Part shown: one piece after another, positions 1-12,549 of the stretch
Numbering within the stretch: the stretch's first letter is position 1
How the letters are laid out: each line of letters opens with the position of its first letter
Origin: Malacoraja senta
Taxonomy: Eukaryota
Assembly (NCBI GenBank): GCA_038087875.1
Contig: CM075990.1
Span: forward strand, 11,348,001-11,412,000
Direction of reading: 5' to 3'
Length of the DNA: 64,000 nucleotides
Notes under the pieces: generated by a model
What the model saw: the letters and a program-made list of their open reading frames with translations, nothing else
What the model was told of the DNA's origin: nothing
The model's database searches: none
Position numbers and translations under genes: made by a program

Positions 1-163
1 TCCCACACTCCAAAGACTTGTAGATTAATTGGCTTGGTATAAATGTGAATTGTTCCTCGTGTGTGTAGGATAGTGTTAATGTGTGGGGATCACTGGTCGG
101 TGCGGACTCGGTGGGCCGAAGGACCTTTTTTCACGCTGTATCTCTAAACTAAACTAAACTAAA
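1..163 (+). mobile_element. HE1-like SINE, 3' part (cut by window edge)
   Basis: Matches the 3' half of the SINE at 2797-3115; ends GGGCCGAAGG...TGTATCTC(TAAAC)n. Confidence 0.85.
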
Positions 164-404
164 TGAGTTGACTCGCAAGTTAGCGCTGGTCGTGAGTTCA
201 AGCCTCGCTCTGTGCAACTACCACACTTCTGGAGCAGATGAAATGGTAACTCAAAGAACCATCTGCCCCTCTGTGACCCAACAACAATGGATGAAAGGCA
301 GGCTGACTGGGGGTTCTCTGGAGCTGGGTAAGTTCGAAAAGGGGTTTTAGGAGCCACAAACGTCAACAGGGAATTTCTTTCCATTTTATGTGGAGAGGAT
401 TTAG

Positions 405-843
405 GGTGGACGATGGCACAGCAGTGGAGTTGCTGCCTGAGATCCGGGTTCAATCCCGACTACAGTGTTTGTACCGAGTTTGTACGTTCTCGCCATGATA
501 GCGTGGGTTTTCTCTGGGTGGTCCGGTTTCCTCCCACACCCCAAAGACGTACAGGTTTGCAGGTTAAATGTGTAGGGAGGAACTCCAGATGCTGGTTTAC
601 ACCAAAGATTGACACAAAATGCTGGAGTAACTCAGTGTGACAGACAGCATCTCTGGAGATGGGTGAAGAAGGATCTCGACTCAAAATGTCACCCATTCCT
701 TCTCTCCAGTTGGTTTGTAGGTTAATTGGCTTTGGCAAAGATTGTAAATTGTCCCCTGTGTGTAGGATAGTGCTCGTGTATTGGGATCGCTGGTCAGCGC
801 GGCTCAATGGACCCTGTTTCGGCGCTGTTTCTCTGAACTAAAA
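405..843 (+). mobile_element. HE1-like SINE interrupted by a Penelope pseudo-LTR inverted dimer (~570-708)
   Basis: tRNA-like head (TGGCACAGCAG...GGTTCAATCC); GGTTTGYAGGTTAA occurs on both sides of the inserted GGAACTCCAGATGCTGG...TCTCCAG segment. Confidence 0.8.
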
Positions 844-1056
844 TTAAAAGGATTTGAGTAGAACAGGGGAGATATCTCTGGAGACACAAAAAAATGCAGA
901 TGCTGGAATCTGAAGCATAAAGCAAACTTTTGGAGGACCTTGGCAGGTCAGGTGGCATCTGTGAATGCCGAGAGATGGTGTATGTTTCAGGTCGAGACCC
1001 CACATCAGGTTCTCTCATATATTCTTCTAAGTAAATATCCCTCATCAAATAACATT

Positions 1057-1130
1057 ATTATTTCACATTTTATTTCTCTGATAATCTTATGAATATATAT
1101 ATATATCCTTCAATAAATGCTATTTGTTGG

Positions 1131-1162
<32 letters not shown>

Positions 1163-1163
1163 G

Positions 1164-1230
<67 letters not shown>

Positions 1231-1297
1231 AACAAATGGCATTATTGAAGGATATATATATTCATAAGACTATCAGAGAAATAAAATGTGGAATAAT
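1057..1297. repeat. Palindrome centred on a (TA)n microsatellite
   Basis: 1057-1130 is the near-exact reverse complement of 1229-1297; spacer 1131-1228 is (AT)n. Confidence 0.9.
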
Positions 1298-2796
1298 TAT
1301 CCACAAAATAAAAATGTGGAATAATTATCATGGAATTTTACTTTGCATATATCTGTCGATATTTCCCAAGGGGGATCTTACTCTTAAAAAGTATTTCATT
1401 GGTTATGGTATTTTGGGACATCTTGAAGTTATGAAAATTACTATAAAAATCATTAATTCTTGCTAGGGTAATTTTGATGGGATCGGGAAATAAAATGGGG
1501 TCGGGCCACATCTCTGGATGAGTCAAATTGGCTCTGGTTTGAATCGCATTCTCCAGAAGTTTTGAAGCATTCTTTTACACTAGCTTCAACTGTGAACATC
1601 TCTGGACTGTCTTTGTTTGCACTACAGACTTTAGGTTTATTGCACTAGTATTGTGATTTTATTTTAGTCTATTATGTTGTATCTGTGTGTGTTGCATTTA
1701 CAGGCCTGTTATGATGCTGCAAGAAATAAATTCATTCTTCTTGACAATGATTGAGGCTTCAATGATTTAATATCTCTGGGAAAACAGTTGGGTACTCCAG
1801 TGATTAGGTAAACGAGATATTTGTCCACGGTGAAATATCATAGACTGTAAGGTCCCCAAACAAACCAAAAGTTGTGATGCAAACCATGAAACCTAATTAG
1901 GCTCCTCTAATGGTTTACACACAAGATTAGCATCCATAATTGATGCAAAGTAATGTCTGAGACCTGGTGTCTAGTAAATGGCTGCCAATGACTAGACCTA
2001 ACCATTTCAGAGGGCAGTTTGCTATTGCCTTCTCAAGAGCAATTGGGTATGGACAATGATTGCTGGTCTAGCCTTTGATGCACAGATTCGATAAAAGAAC
2101 ACAAATCAGGAATAGCAAAAGTGGAACGAGAGATTAGTTTGCGGTTGCACTTCTGTCTGTTAGTTGCAGATGTGTCTGAACGATCAATAGGCTCTGAAGT
2201 AGGGGTCAAGGAAGGATATTTGCTATGTCGCCCTGGGCACAAGGGATGGAAGGTAGGCTGGATAGGGGCTGGGTACGTTGGCAAATGGGTTTTGGGAGCC
2301 ACAAACATCAGTCAGGAATTTCTCGCATTTTATGCTGAAGATTTGACACTGCAGATATTCAATCCAGCCAGAGATCAGAGAGATGTAAGCGGAAAGATGT
2401 TCCTTATACCTTCTGAGGCAAGCTTCAAGGCAATTAATGTATCTCGTATATTAATCACTTGACACTATAAAGCACACTGTAGGAGACAGATCAGGGCAGC
2501 ATCAAATCCTCCCAGGCCTGTCCCTATGAGAAAGATTGGACCATTGAGACCACCAGCTAACTTCACTGTTGTATGTGATTGCCCCTGTCATTGTTTGTTA
2601 TCGTCGATGTGTTCCCAGCACAGTGCACAGTTCAGATGTTGTACGCCTGGAGTCTGATGGGACTGGGACGGCAACTTAATGATTAATAGGAACTCCTTGA
2701 GGGCAATTTTGCCATTAGCCGTCATCAGCACAGGACAATAGGTTTGTGCAGCCCATTTAACAACCTGCTGATCAGATGTGATTCCTGCCTTCAAGA

Positions 2797-3115
2797 GGGC
2801 GGCACGGTGGTGCAGCGGTAGAGTCGCTGCCTTACAGTGCCAGAGGCATGGGTTCGATCCTGACTACGGGTGTTTGTATGCACAGAATGTGTACCTTCTC
2901 CCTGTGACCCTCGTGGGTTTTCTCCGAGATCTTTTGGTTTCTTCTCACGCTCCAAAGACGTACAGGTTTGTACAGTAGGTTAACTGGCTTGTATAAATGT
3001 AAAATATTGTCCCTAGTGTGTGTAGGATTGTGTTCATGTGTGGGGATCGCAGGTCAGTACGGACACGCTGGGTCGAAGGGCCTGCTTCCGCGCTGTATCT
3101 CTAAACTCAACTAAA
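2797..3115 (+). mobile_element. Full-length tRNA-derived HE1-like (V-SINE type) SINE
   Basis: Pol III box A TGGTGCAGCGG (~2808), box B GGTTCGATCC (2851-2860), core TTCTCCCTGTGACC..GTGGGTTTTCTCCG, CR1-like 3' end and TAAAC tail; more than 10 copies in the window. Confidence 0.9.
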
Positions 3116-3600
3116 ATGTGTCTTTTTTAATTTTATTAATTAATAGAATCCACTATTCATCCCCAACTGAAACTGAACTGAATGGTTTTCTGGGCCATTT
3201 TAGAGGGCAGTTCAGAGTCAGTCATTTTGCTACAGGTCTGGAGTACTATCATCATTCATTGGGGATATTAACGTGCCAGTAAATAGAAGTTTAAGAACAA
3301 CCTGCAGATGTTGGAAATCTGTAACAAAAGGCAAAAATGCTGTAAACAATCAACAGTCACCAATCACTACATCCAACTGCTCCCTTCTCATGATTCAATA
3401 AACATTTCCATTAAAGGCCTTCACCCGGTTACCTCAATTACTGCTCCTGGTAGCAAGTCTCACGTGCTCACCATTCTCAGGGAGAAGAGGTTAATCCTGG
3501 ATTTGTCAACGACGAGCAGAAGTTTGCTTTTCCTACAATTGAACGCAATCAGGATAAAAAATCCTCCTCAGTTGCTTGACCTAAACATGCAGTCTCGAAG

Positions 3601-4678
3601 CAGGGACATGCGGTCAGGGGAGGCAGGGGAGGCAGGGCCTCACCTGTCATACTCCCAATGAAAATAGCTGTTAAGAAAAGTAAAGAAAAATAATAATAAA
3701 ATATAATAAATATAAAGATTTTCCCACTGATCTGTGTTATAAATGTCATTTCCATATGAATCTAATCATTTATTATAGTCAAAATCGCCAAATTTGCGCA
3801 GCTCCGCTGCAAGTACAGGGAGGTATGAGAGGTGAGGCACCAATGAGCTGAGCCTCCCATCTGATTGCGCAACCCCTCAGAAACTGGATGGAGTGCGGGC
3901 AATAAGCGTGTGCCTGTTACTATATCTCTGTATGTCATCCATACATGTTTGTAAACCCCTTCATAACATGTCCTCACCTTCCATAGTCCACGTAGCTTAT
4001 TTCATGTATAAATATATTAAATTTAGGCTCGCTGGTTTCGTCATAAAACTACAATGAAAAAGCACCAGGGGAGGCAGCTATCACATCTGCCTCACTGAGG
4101 GGGCATGTCATGAGCCAGTGGAGGGAGAGCGAGTGTCAATTACGTAGGCTCAGTCCATGTAATTGACGCTACCTCAATCTCCCTCCACGTTAGCTAGCTT
4201 CAGCAGCGGTGGAGCACCACTGGATTCCACCGCTGGCGGCACTGACTTTCCAGCCGCGGGCGGCGCTGATTGGTAGGTTGGTTCGTTGATTTGTAGCGGC
4301 CGATTCGGAGGCTCTGGGCCGCTGATAGCTCCCAATTGGGCCCCGCGCTGGAGTAATGTACTCTCGGCTCGGGTAGATCTACCCCAGGTGGAGGGGGGAG
4401 AGAGGGGTGGAGAGAGAGTAGAGGGGTGGAGGGGGAAGCAAGGGGTAGACGGGGAGGGGGGTGTGAGGGGGAATGAAGAAGGGGGAGAGAGGGAGGTGGG
4501 TCATTCCCCCACGGTCCCGGGGCAACGCTCCTGCCCCTCCAGTCACCGTGCTTCACGCACATAGCCCCGGCTCCACCCCTCTCTCTCCTCGGGGAGACGC
4601 GGTGATCAATACAGGGAGGGCAGGGCCACTGATACTAGCCAGTGCCTCCCCAGCCATTGACCTCACTGCACGTCACTG
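3601..4678. mobile_element. Non-autonomous hAT-like DNA transposon (~1.08 kb)
   Basis: Left TIR CAGGGACATGCGGT versus right TIR (revcomp) CAGTGACGTGCAGT; perfect 8-bp TSD TCTCGAAG at 3593-3600 and 4679-4686; repeated subterminal GAGGCA motifs. Confidence 0.85.
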
Positions 4679-5652
4679 TCTCGAAGCTCCTATGTATTGC
4701 ACTCTGCGTCCACAATGGACAGCCTCTGCAGAGGAAGGCAAATCAAGCACATGTTACATCAGAGCTGGACAATTCTGACACAAACACTATCAAAAATCAC
4801 TGAATTCATTATTGAGTCCCAAAGATTGCAATGTGGCAAAGATAGAAAATGAGATGCAGTTCCCTTAATGAACATTGGGTATTGTTGGAACAATGCAGGC
4901 TATCAATAGATGGAAACGCAGATGGAGACTTAAAATGACAGGTGTGTGCAGATAATCTGTTTTAGTAATGATGATGAGGGATAAATATCGGCCCAGTGAG
5001 AATATTGAAATAATCCAGTCACTCGTTCTTGCTGCTTGCTCTGTGTAATGCATTTTTTACAAATGTGCGAGGGTTTCAATTCCCGAATGTTATGCTTTTA
5101 ACACCTGCTTTAAAGATCGCACTTGATCAATTGCTAACTTAAAAGTATGTCTCCACAGCAGCATTCCTAAGTAGCTCTGGATGCGAGAAGTTCTGTGTGT
5201 CCATTTCTCCTGAATTTGACCACATCATCCCATTGTCTGGTCAGTTTGCTGTGCCGACCATCTTGTTCTTATGCTATCAAAATGGTGATAGTTCTTGTGT
5301 CTGTTGGAAATCACTGCATATCATCAACTGGAGGCAGAAATTGCCTTGCCAACGTTGACGAAGCAAAATTAAATGAAATATGCTGTTTAATATTGCATGT
5401 GAATTAGCCTTTTATAGTTCAGCTGCAAGCACCTTACACACACAGGACTAAAAAAAACACTTTAGCAAAAGTTAATGCTTTTGGGGAGATATGTGTGATG
5501 TTTAATGATTTGCAGATATTATGTTTTACATGTGACTTTTATGAAAAATCATTGAATAAAACAGAATGGAAATGATTAGTTAATAATTTATTGACGATTG
5601 CTGGACTGTTTTGCCCCAGGATTACTAGTATTTTGGTTGCTAAACACTTTAA

Positions 5653-5930
5653 AGGGCCTGCCCCACTTACGCAACTTTTTCGGCGACCTCCGTCATAGCT
5701 CGCCAAAAATTTTCAACATGTTGAAAATTCAGCGCTGACCAGAAAGACGCTACGACTCTTTGGGTGACTAGGAGACTACTCACGACCATACAGGTGACAC
5801 CCTGGTGACATGTCGCGGGGTGAAGCCTGTGTGGTCGTGAGTAGTCACCCAAAGAGTCGTACCTTGTTCTGGTCGCAGCTGGATTTTCAAGAAGTTGAAA
5901 ATTTTTGGCGAACTGTAATGACCTATGACA
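5653..5930. mobile_element. PIF/Harbinger-like MITE, one end missing
   Basis: Starts TAA|AGGGCCTGCCCCACTT; internal TTTTCAACATGTTGAAAA palindrome shared with the copies at 10305 and 46369. Confidence 0.7.
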
Positions 5931-5974
5931 TATATTTCCCTCCCTCCACCCCATGTTAAGTAAGAGTCAGAGAT

Positions 5975-6338
5975 ATAGTGAAAGGCTTTGATAGAGTGGA
6001 TGTGGAGAGGATGTTTCCACTAGTGGGTGAGTCTAGGACTAGCAGTCATAGCCTCAGATTTAAAGGACGTTCCTTTAGGAAGAAGATGAGAATGAATTTC
6101 TTTAGTCAGAGGGTGGTGAATCTGTGGAATTCTTTGCCACAGAAGGCTGTGGAGGCCAAGTCAATGGATATTTTTAAAGCAGAGATAGATAGATTCTTGA
6201 TTAGTACGGGTGTCAGGGGTTATGGGGAGAAGGCAGGGGAATGGGGTTAGAAGGGAGTGATAGATGAGCCATGACTGAATGGTGGAGTAGATTTGATGGG
6301 CTGAATGGCCTAAATCTGCTCCTATTATGACCTTATGA
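5975..6338 (+). mobile_element. CR1/HER1 LINE 3' fragment
   Basis: Encodes CR1 ORF2 C-terminus (MFPLVGESRT..HSLR..FFSQRVVNLWNSLPQ) plus 3' UTR and TTATGACC tail. Confidence 0.9.
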
Positions 6339-6542
6339 AATCTTTGCAACCCTGGACCTCTGGTTGCATTTTGATAATAAAACCTTCAGTGCTTATTATC
6401 ATTATCCCATGAAATCATCAGCAACTCTGGTATTTATGTGACTGCATGGTCCAACACAGAATTCCAGTCAAAACACAATGTTCTGGAGGAATTCAGCGGG
6501 CCAGGCAAAATCTTTGGAGGAAATGGGCAGATGTTGCTTTGG

Positions 6543-6633
6543 AGGTACACAAAAATGCTGGAGAAACTCAGCGGGTGCAGCAGCATCTATGGAGCGAAGG
6601 AAATAGGTAACGTTTCGGGCCGAAACCCTTCTT
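6543..6633 (-). mobile_element. Short Penelope pseudo-LTR insertion inside an older Penelope remnant
   Basis: 15-bp TSD CAGATGTTGCTTTGG (6528-6542, 6634-6648); near-identical to the terminus of the GIY-YIG element at 28646. Confidence 0.8.
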
Positions 6634-7465
6634 CAGATGTTGCTTTGGGTTGGGTTCCTTCATCAGGCTGATGGCAGTAGGAGGGGGAGAGAGGACTGGA
6701 AAAGAGAGGTGAGGGCAGGAAAAAGCCAGGCAAGTGATTGGTGGATACGGGTCAAGACAGCTTGTCTGGCAGATGGGTGGGATTTCAGTCATTAGTAGAC
6801 TACGCTGTTCTGGCCCACTCTGACAGAATCAACTGAAGACAAGAGTATTAGTGTGAATTTCATGCAATTGCAACACGTACATGCTGTGAAATTACTACAC
6901 TTTGTTACATGAGGTGAAAGGGAGTACTAGACCAGGTGTACACAAAATGCTGGAGTAACTCAGCGGGTGAGGCAGCATCTCTGGAGAGAGGGAATGGGAC
7001 CAGGTGTATCCAAGTGGAAGAATTATCATGGCTTAAATTTCCCCCAAAGTTAATTGTACCGATTAAAATGTCCTCAGATAAATATTTAATTTTTTTTTAA
7101 TTCCTCTGATTTTCTAATTTAAAATGCACATGTTTGTTCTGACAGATTATTTGTCTTTAAATTAAAAGAAAAAAATTCCTGTCTTTGAGGTTCCTTCGAT
7201 ATGACTGGCTTCTAATAAGACATCTCGATGACTTAATTGTTGCTAAATACTTTGATACTTAAATGGTGCTTAGACCTCGGAAGGATGCTTTGTAGATGGT
7301 GGTGAGCACCATATCTTCATCACTGTCTTATCCTCACTATGTAAAATGCAGGAAAAGATGATTTCCAGTTCAGGTACATGCTGCCATTGAATTAGGTTAT
7401 CACTGATTTGCATTTCAGGTTCTTCTTGGCTAACTACTTCTGAAACAGTTAATGTTTTTATCTTG

Positions 7466-7670
7466 GAGAAACTCAGCGGGTGAGGCAGCATCTATGGAGC
7501 GAAGGAAATAGGCAACGTTTCGGGTCGAGACCCTTCTTCAGACTGATGAAGAGTCTCGACCCGAAACGTTGCCTATTTCCTTCGCTCCATAGATGCTGCC
7601 TCACCCGCTGAGTTTCTCCAGCAATTCTGTCTACCTTCGATTTTCCAGCATCTGCAGTTCCTTCTTAAAC
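7466..7670. mobile_element. Penelope pseudo-LTR inverted dimer with back-to-back hammerhead-like cores
   Basis: ~75-bp near-perfect inverted arms; TSD ATGTTTTTATyTTG (7452-7465, 7671-7684). Confidence 0.8.
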
Positions 7671-8484
7671 ATGTTTTTATTTTGATGCATCATTGAAGCT
7701 CAGATAAAGCTTTCTTTGTCTACCTTATCTCAACCTGGCACAATCGTGTACACTTTATCAAATCTCCCTTCAACTTCATTTTACTCCAAGGAGATCAAAT
7801 CCAAACTCCTCCAATCTATCCTTGTCACTAAAATCCCTGGAACCATTCTGATATTTGTTTGCACCATTTCAAGTTTTATCTTTATCTGTGCACTGTGGAT
7901 AGCTTGATTGTAATCACTTGTCTTTGACTGCGTAGGATGCAAACTAAAGCTTTTTGTTGTACCTTGGTGCAAGTGGCAATAATAAACTAAACTAAACTTT
8001 CACATCCTTCCTAAATTGACATGACCAGAATTAGAGGCAATACTTCACTTGCAGCTACCTTGCATTTTGTACAGGCCCAACATAACTTGTTTTTGTGTTT
8101 GCGTTACTATTTATGGATCTGCTGAATCCACCAGCTTTACTAATTGGTCTCTCAATATTCCCTGCTGTCTCAAGGATTTAAGTACATGTACACCTTGGTT
8201 CATCTCGTATGCACCCTTTAGAACTGCACAATTGAATTCATATCTTTTAAGAGGTTAATATTAATCCATATCATTGAAATATCAAAGCTCAACTTTCTTT
8301 TGATGGCCAGCTTCAGTGCTTGAGGAGGGAGGGGCAGTGTATTCAAGTATTCTGCTTTCCAACATTTAATATTAATCAGAATTAATTGTTGGTCCATTTC
8401 CCCGTTTCTCCTCAACGAAGTTGATACAAATTAAATATCGAGGATTGAGGTAAAGTTGGATCTCAATTATCTGTTTATTGCAAA

Positions 8485-9165
8485 AATTCAGCCCAGTTCA
8501 TCGCAGGTACAGCCCTTCCCTCCATTGAAAGCATCTACACGAGACGCTGCCTGAGGAGGTGGCATCTTTCATTAACAATCCCCACTATCCAGGCTATGCC
8601 CTCTTCTCATTATTACAGGGAGTGGAGAAAGCTGAAGTCCCACACCATTAAGTTCAGGAACAGCTATTTCCCTCCAAATGTGTTGGAAGGAACTGCAGAT
8701 GGTGGATTTACACAAAAGATAGACACAAAATGTTGGAGTAACTCAGCGGGACAGGCAGCATCCCTGGATAGAAGGAATGGGCGATGTTTTGGGTCGAGTC
8801 TGATGAAAGGTCTCGACCCGAAACGTCACCCATTTCTTCTCTCCAGAGATGCTGCCTGTCCTGCTGAGTTACGCTGACATTATGTGTCTATTTTCATGCA
8901 ACTATTAGATTCTTGAAACGATCTGCATAATCCTAACCATTCCTCAACAACAGAAAGAACAACCTCTTGCACTAAGATGGACTTGTTGTTTTCTCTCTCT
9001 TGTTTCACTCGTGTCTTGTTTTTTGTTGCAATCTTTCTTTTAGAATTTTGCGTAATTTAGTATATTTTGTTTTTGTGTGTTTGTCTGAGTATATGTGCCT
9101 GTGATGCTGCTGCGAGAAGTGTTTTTCATTGTACCTGTACCTCACCATACACGTGCAATAAACGT
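8485..9165 (+). mobile_element. Degenerate Rex1/Babar LINE 3' end, interrupted by a Penelope dimer (~8678-8895)
   Basis: With frameshifts reads SIESIYTRRCLRR..PHYPGYALFSLL..KFRNSYFP, homologous to 58329-58670. Confidence 0.7.
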
Positions 9166-9989
9166 AGTCAGAAGAAGGGTCCCGACCCGAAACGTCGCCC
9201 ATCATTGCTCCCCAGAGATACGCCAGCACTTTGTGTCTATCTTTGGTATAAACCAGCATCTGCAGTTCTTTATGTGTAAGAAGGAACTGCAGATGCTGGT
9301 TTGAATCGAAGATAGACACAAAATGCCGGAGTAACTCAGCGGGACAGGAAGCATCTCTGGAGAGAAGCCCAAGAGATGCTGCCTGTCCGCTGAGTTACTC
9401 CAGCATTTTGTGTCTATCTGCAGTTCTTTATTTCTACACCTTGAACTTGAACTATGTTTTTCAAGTGCATAACTTTAGATTAATCCAGTGAAGCCAAATT
9501 AATTCATGTATTTTTGTGACTCAGTTATGTTTGCTAATGACACATTTTTCAAATGTAGATTTGTCACATCTTACAAGCAATTTATCAACTTATTTTATTT
9601 AATAACATTAAACTTGGACTGCTTTATAATAATGGCTCAGAGCTCTTGCCACACAGATTCAGTATAATTAATGTCACCAGAAAGATGTTAATATTCACCA
9701 TCCGGTCATGCAATGTTGTGGCAAGCGGCATCCATCTGTCTGTCCTTGGGCATTTAAACTGCAGTCATTTGTAGGTTATAATATTGCAAGTCTCATTGAT
9801 TTTGTACTTGGTGTGGCCTTGGTTTCAAAGTTCTTATCCTTAACTTCAAATTCCTCTCTTGTGTTACTTCTTTCTCTGACACCTCCTCCAGCCGTATAAT
9901 CTTCCAACCTAACTATGGTGCTCCAGTTTGGAGCACTTATTCAAGTTTTCCATCAGCAGTCACGCCCTGAGCCTCTCATTCCTCTTTTA

Positions 9990-10245
9990 AGGGCCTGTCC
10001 CACTTGGTGATTTTTTCGGCAACTGCCGGCGTCATTGACTGACGTATCAGGGTCGCCAAAAGATTTTGAACATTTCAAAATCCAGCGGTGACAATAAAAA
10101 TGTTGCGACACTTGAGGAAACACCGCGCGTCAATACGTTATCATGCCGCGTCACGCTGCATCACGCCGCGACTTTTTCGGTGACCTGATACGTCAGTCAA
10201 TGATGCCGGCAGTCGCCGAAAAAATCGCCAAGTGGGACATGCCCT
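9990..10245. mobile_element. Complete PIF/Harbinger-like MITE
   Basis: ~70-bp TIRs beginning AGGGCCTGTCCCACTTGG; 3-bp TSD TTA (9987-9989, 10246-10248). Confidence 0.85.
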
Positions 10246-10304
10246 TTAAGATGCATCCTTAAACCTGCCTATTGTTATTTGCCCTAATACTATCTACCAT
10301 GTTA

Positions 10305-10468
10305 AGGGCCTGTCCCACAACGATTTTTTCGGCGACTTGCCGGCACCCGTCATAGTCACAGCAGGTCGCCGAACATTTTCAACATGTTGAAAATCCAGCG
10401 GCGACCAGAAAAAGGTATGACTCTTGGGCGACTGCTCACGACCATACAGGATGCACCCCGCGACATAT
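10305..10468. mobile_element. PIF/Harbinger-like MITE fragment
   Basis: TTA|AGGGCCTGTCCCAC start; colinear with 5653-5820. Confidence 0.75.
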
Positions 10469-11394
10469 GGTTAACATCCTCAACAGCCCCATTAGAACCA
10501 AATTAAAACATGCAGTTGGAATCTGCAGGAAAATGCACTGGGGTCTGTGAGGTTAAGATGCTGGGCTGGTGCCAAAAGTCTAGTGAGCTGTAGATGTGAG
10601 TTCAAATCCCAGGGTAACCAGCAAATTCAAATAAGACAGTGAATAAAAAAGCCAGTATCTAGTATAATCAATGGAGAACTTGAAACTATTAGATTGGCAA
10701 TGAAATAACCAGCTGATGTATTATTATTGTTCATGGAGGGGAATCTGTGGCGCCTACCCAATCTGGTCAAAATACATCTCCAGCCCCCAACTATCTTACC
10801 CTGGAACCCTAATGCAAGCCCTTAAGCTTAGGAGATAAAGGTGAATGGGAGTGAATGGTGTTTATGTCCTATGAATGAATTAGGATAAGCTCTCCTGGTT
10901 CTGAAGCTTTCTCCGTCCAAAGTGTAGACTGGAAAGAGGTAGATGAATGTATCAGAAATGTGAAGGCATCTTTCATTAACCCAGGTGGATCCACACAAAT
11001 AGTAGGCATTGCAATGTAGATGTGCTCAATGATTATTGAACTGCTGTTAGGAAGCTATCAAAGTTACTGATAACCATTAAAGGATGATGGGGACTCGCAT
11101 AGCATTTTTCTTGAAAACACAGTGCAACCATTAGCGTTATATTGTCGCTTTCTTACTCCTTATTGATTGTAACTAATCTCCCTAATTGGTTAGCAGGCAG
11201 GAAAGTGGTGCAATTGTGCTGTGTGGTCAGTCTAGACAATAAACAGAGCAATAAACTCATGGGTTTATTCAACAACCATTCTGATTTGTACAGTGACTTT
11301 AACATAGCAATCCATGTCTTTTAAAAATCCCATTTGTGGGACCTGGACATCGTTGGCAAGGCGAGCTTTTATGGAGCATCCCTAATCCCTAATC

Positions 11395-11765
11395 GAATAG
11401 TGAAAGGCTTGGATGGAGTGGATGTGGAGAGGATGTTTCCACTAGTGGGAGAGTCTAGGACCAGAGGTCATTGCCCCAGAATTAAAGGACATTCCTTTAG
11501 GAAGGAGAATGAGGAGAAATGTCTTTAGTCAGAGGGTGGTGAATCTGTGGAATTCTTTGCCACAGTAGGTTGTGGAGGCCAAGTCAATGGATATTTTGAA
11601 GGCAGAGATAGATAGTTTCTTGATTAGTATGGGTGTCAGTTATTATGGGGAGAAGGCAGGAGAATGTGGTTTGGAGCGAGCGACAGATCAGCCATGGTTG
11701 AATGGCTGAGTAGACTTGATGGGCTGAATGGCCTAATTCTGCTCCTATCACATGTGACCGTATGA
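11395..11765 (+). mobile_element. CR1/HER1 LINE 3' fragment
   Basis: KGLDGVDVERMFPLVGESRTRGH; CCTAAT present on both sides. Confidence 0.85.
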
Positions 11766-12549
11766 CCTAATTGCCCTTGAGAAGTGGATGGTGAGCAACG
11801 TTTTTGAAGAGCTGCAGTGCTTCTGGTGAAGTTGCTCCCACAGCACTGTTTGAGGGGAAGTTCTAGGATTTTGATGAAACAATGATGAACAAATGGTGAT
11901 ATATTTCCATGTTACGACCGTGTGTAACTTGTAGGGGAAACTGGAGTTGGAGGTGGTGTCTGTCCCCATGCACCCATTGCCCTAGTTCCCCAATGGGGTT
12001 GAAGTTTCATGTTTGAAACTGTTGTTGGAGTAGCAACGTGGATTACACATTAATAGTGCTGCTGATGAAGGGGATAAATATTTAAATTACTGTGAACATT
12101 CAAATTGCATTCAAGGTGTTGAGTTTCCTGTGCATTGTAAGTGCTTGACTCATTCAGGCAAGTGTGAAATATTCTACCACACTTGTGCTTTGGAGATGGT
12201 GGAAAGACTTTGGGATTTCAGGGGAAGAGTCCCTTACCGTTCTATACCATTCAGAACGACTGCACATGAGTATAAACATTGACCTCTAATTTCAGATAGG
12301 CCCTACTTTTTCCTCCCCTTCTCAGCTCTCCCTCAGCCCACTGATTCCTCCTCTTCCTTTCTTCTTCCCGCCCCCCCCCCCCCACCCTCACATCAGTCTG
12401 AAGAAGGGCTTCGACCCGAAACGTTGCCTATTTCCTTCGCTCCATAGATGCTGCCGCACCCGCTGAGTTTCTCCAGCATTTTTGTCTACCTTGGACATGA
12501 TTATTACCTGGAACATCAGTAATGTGAATTATACTTGCCATATTTTACA

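Noticed and set aside
2797..2870. tRNA gene
   Set aside because: tRNA-derived SINE head continuing into the SINE body; no complete cloverleaf or terminator.
3762..4080. Host exon or conserved element
   Set aside because: Lies inside the TIR/TSD-bounded hAT-like element.
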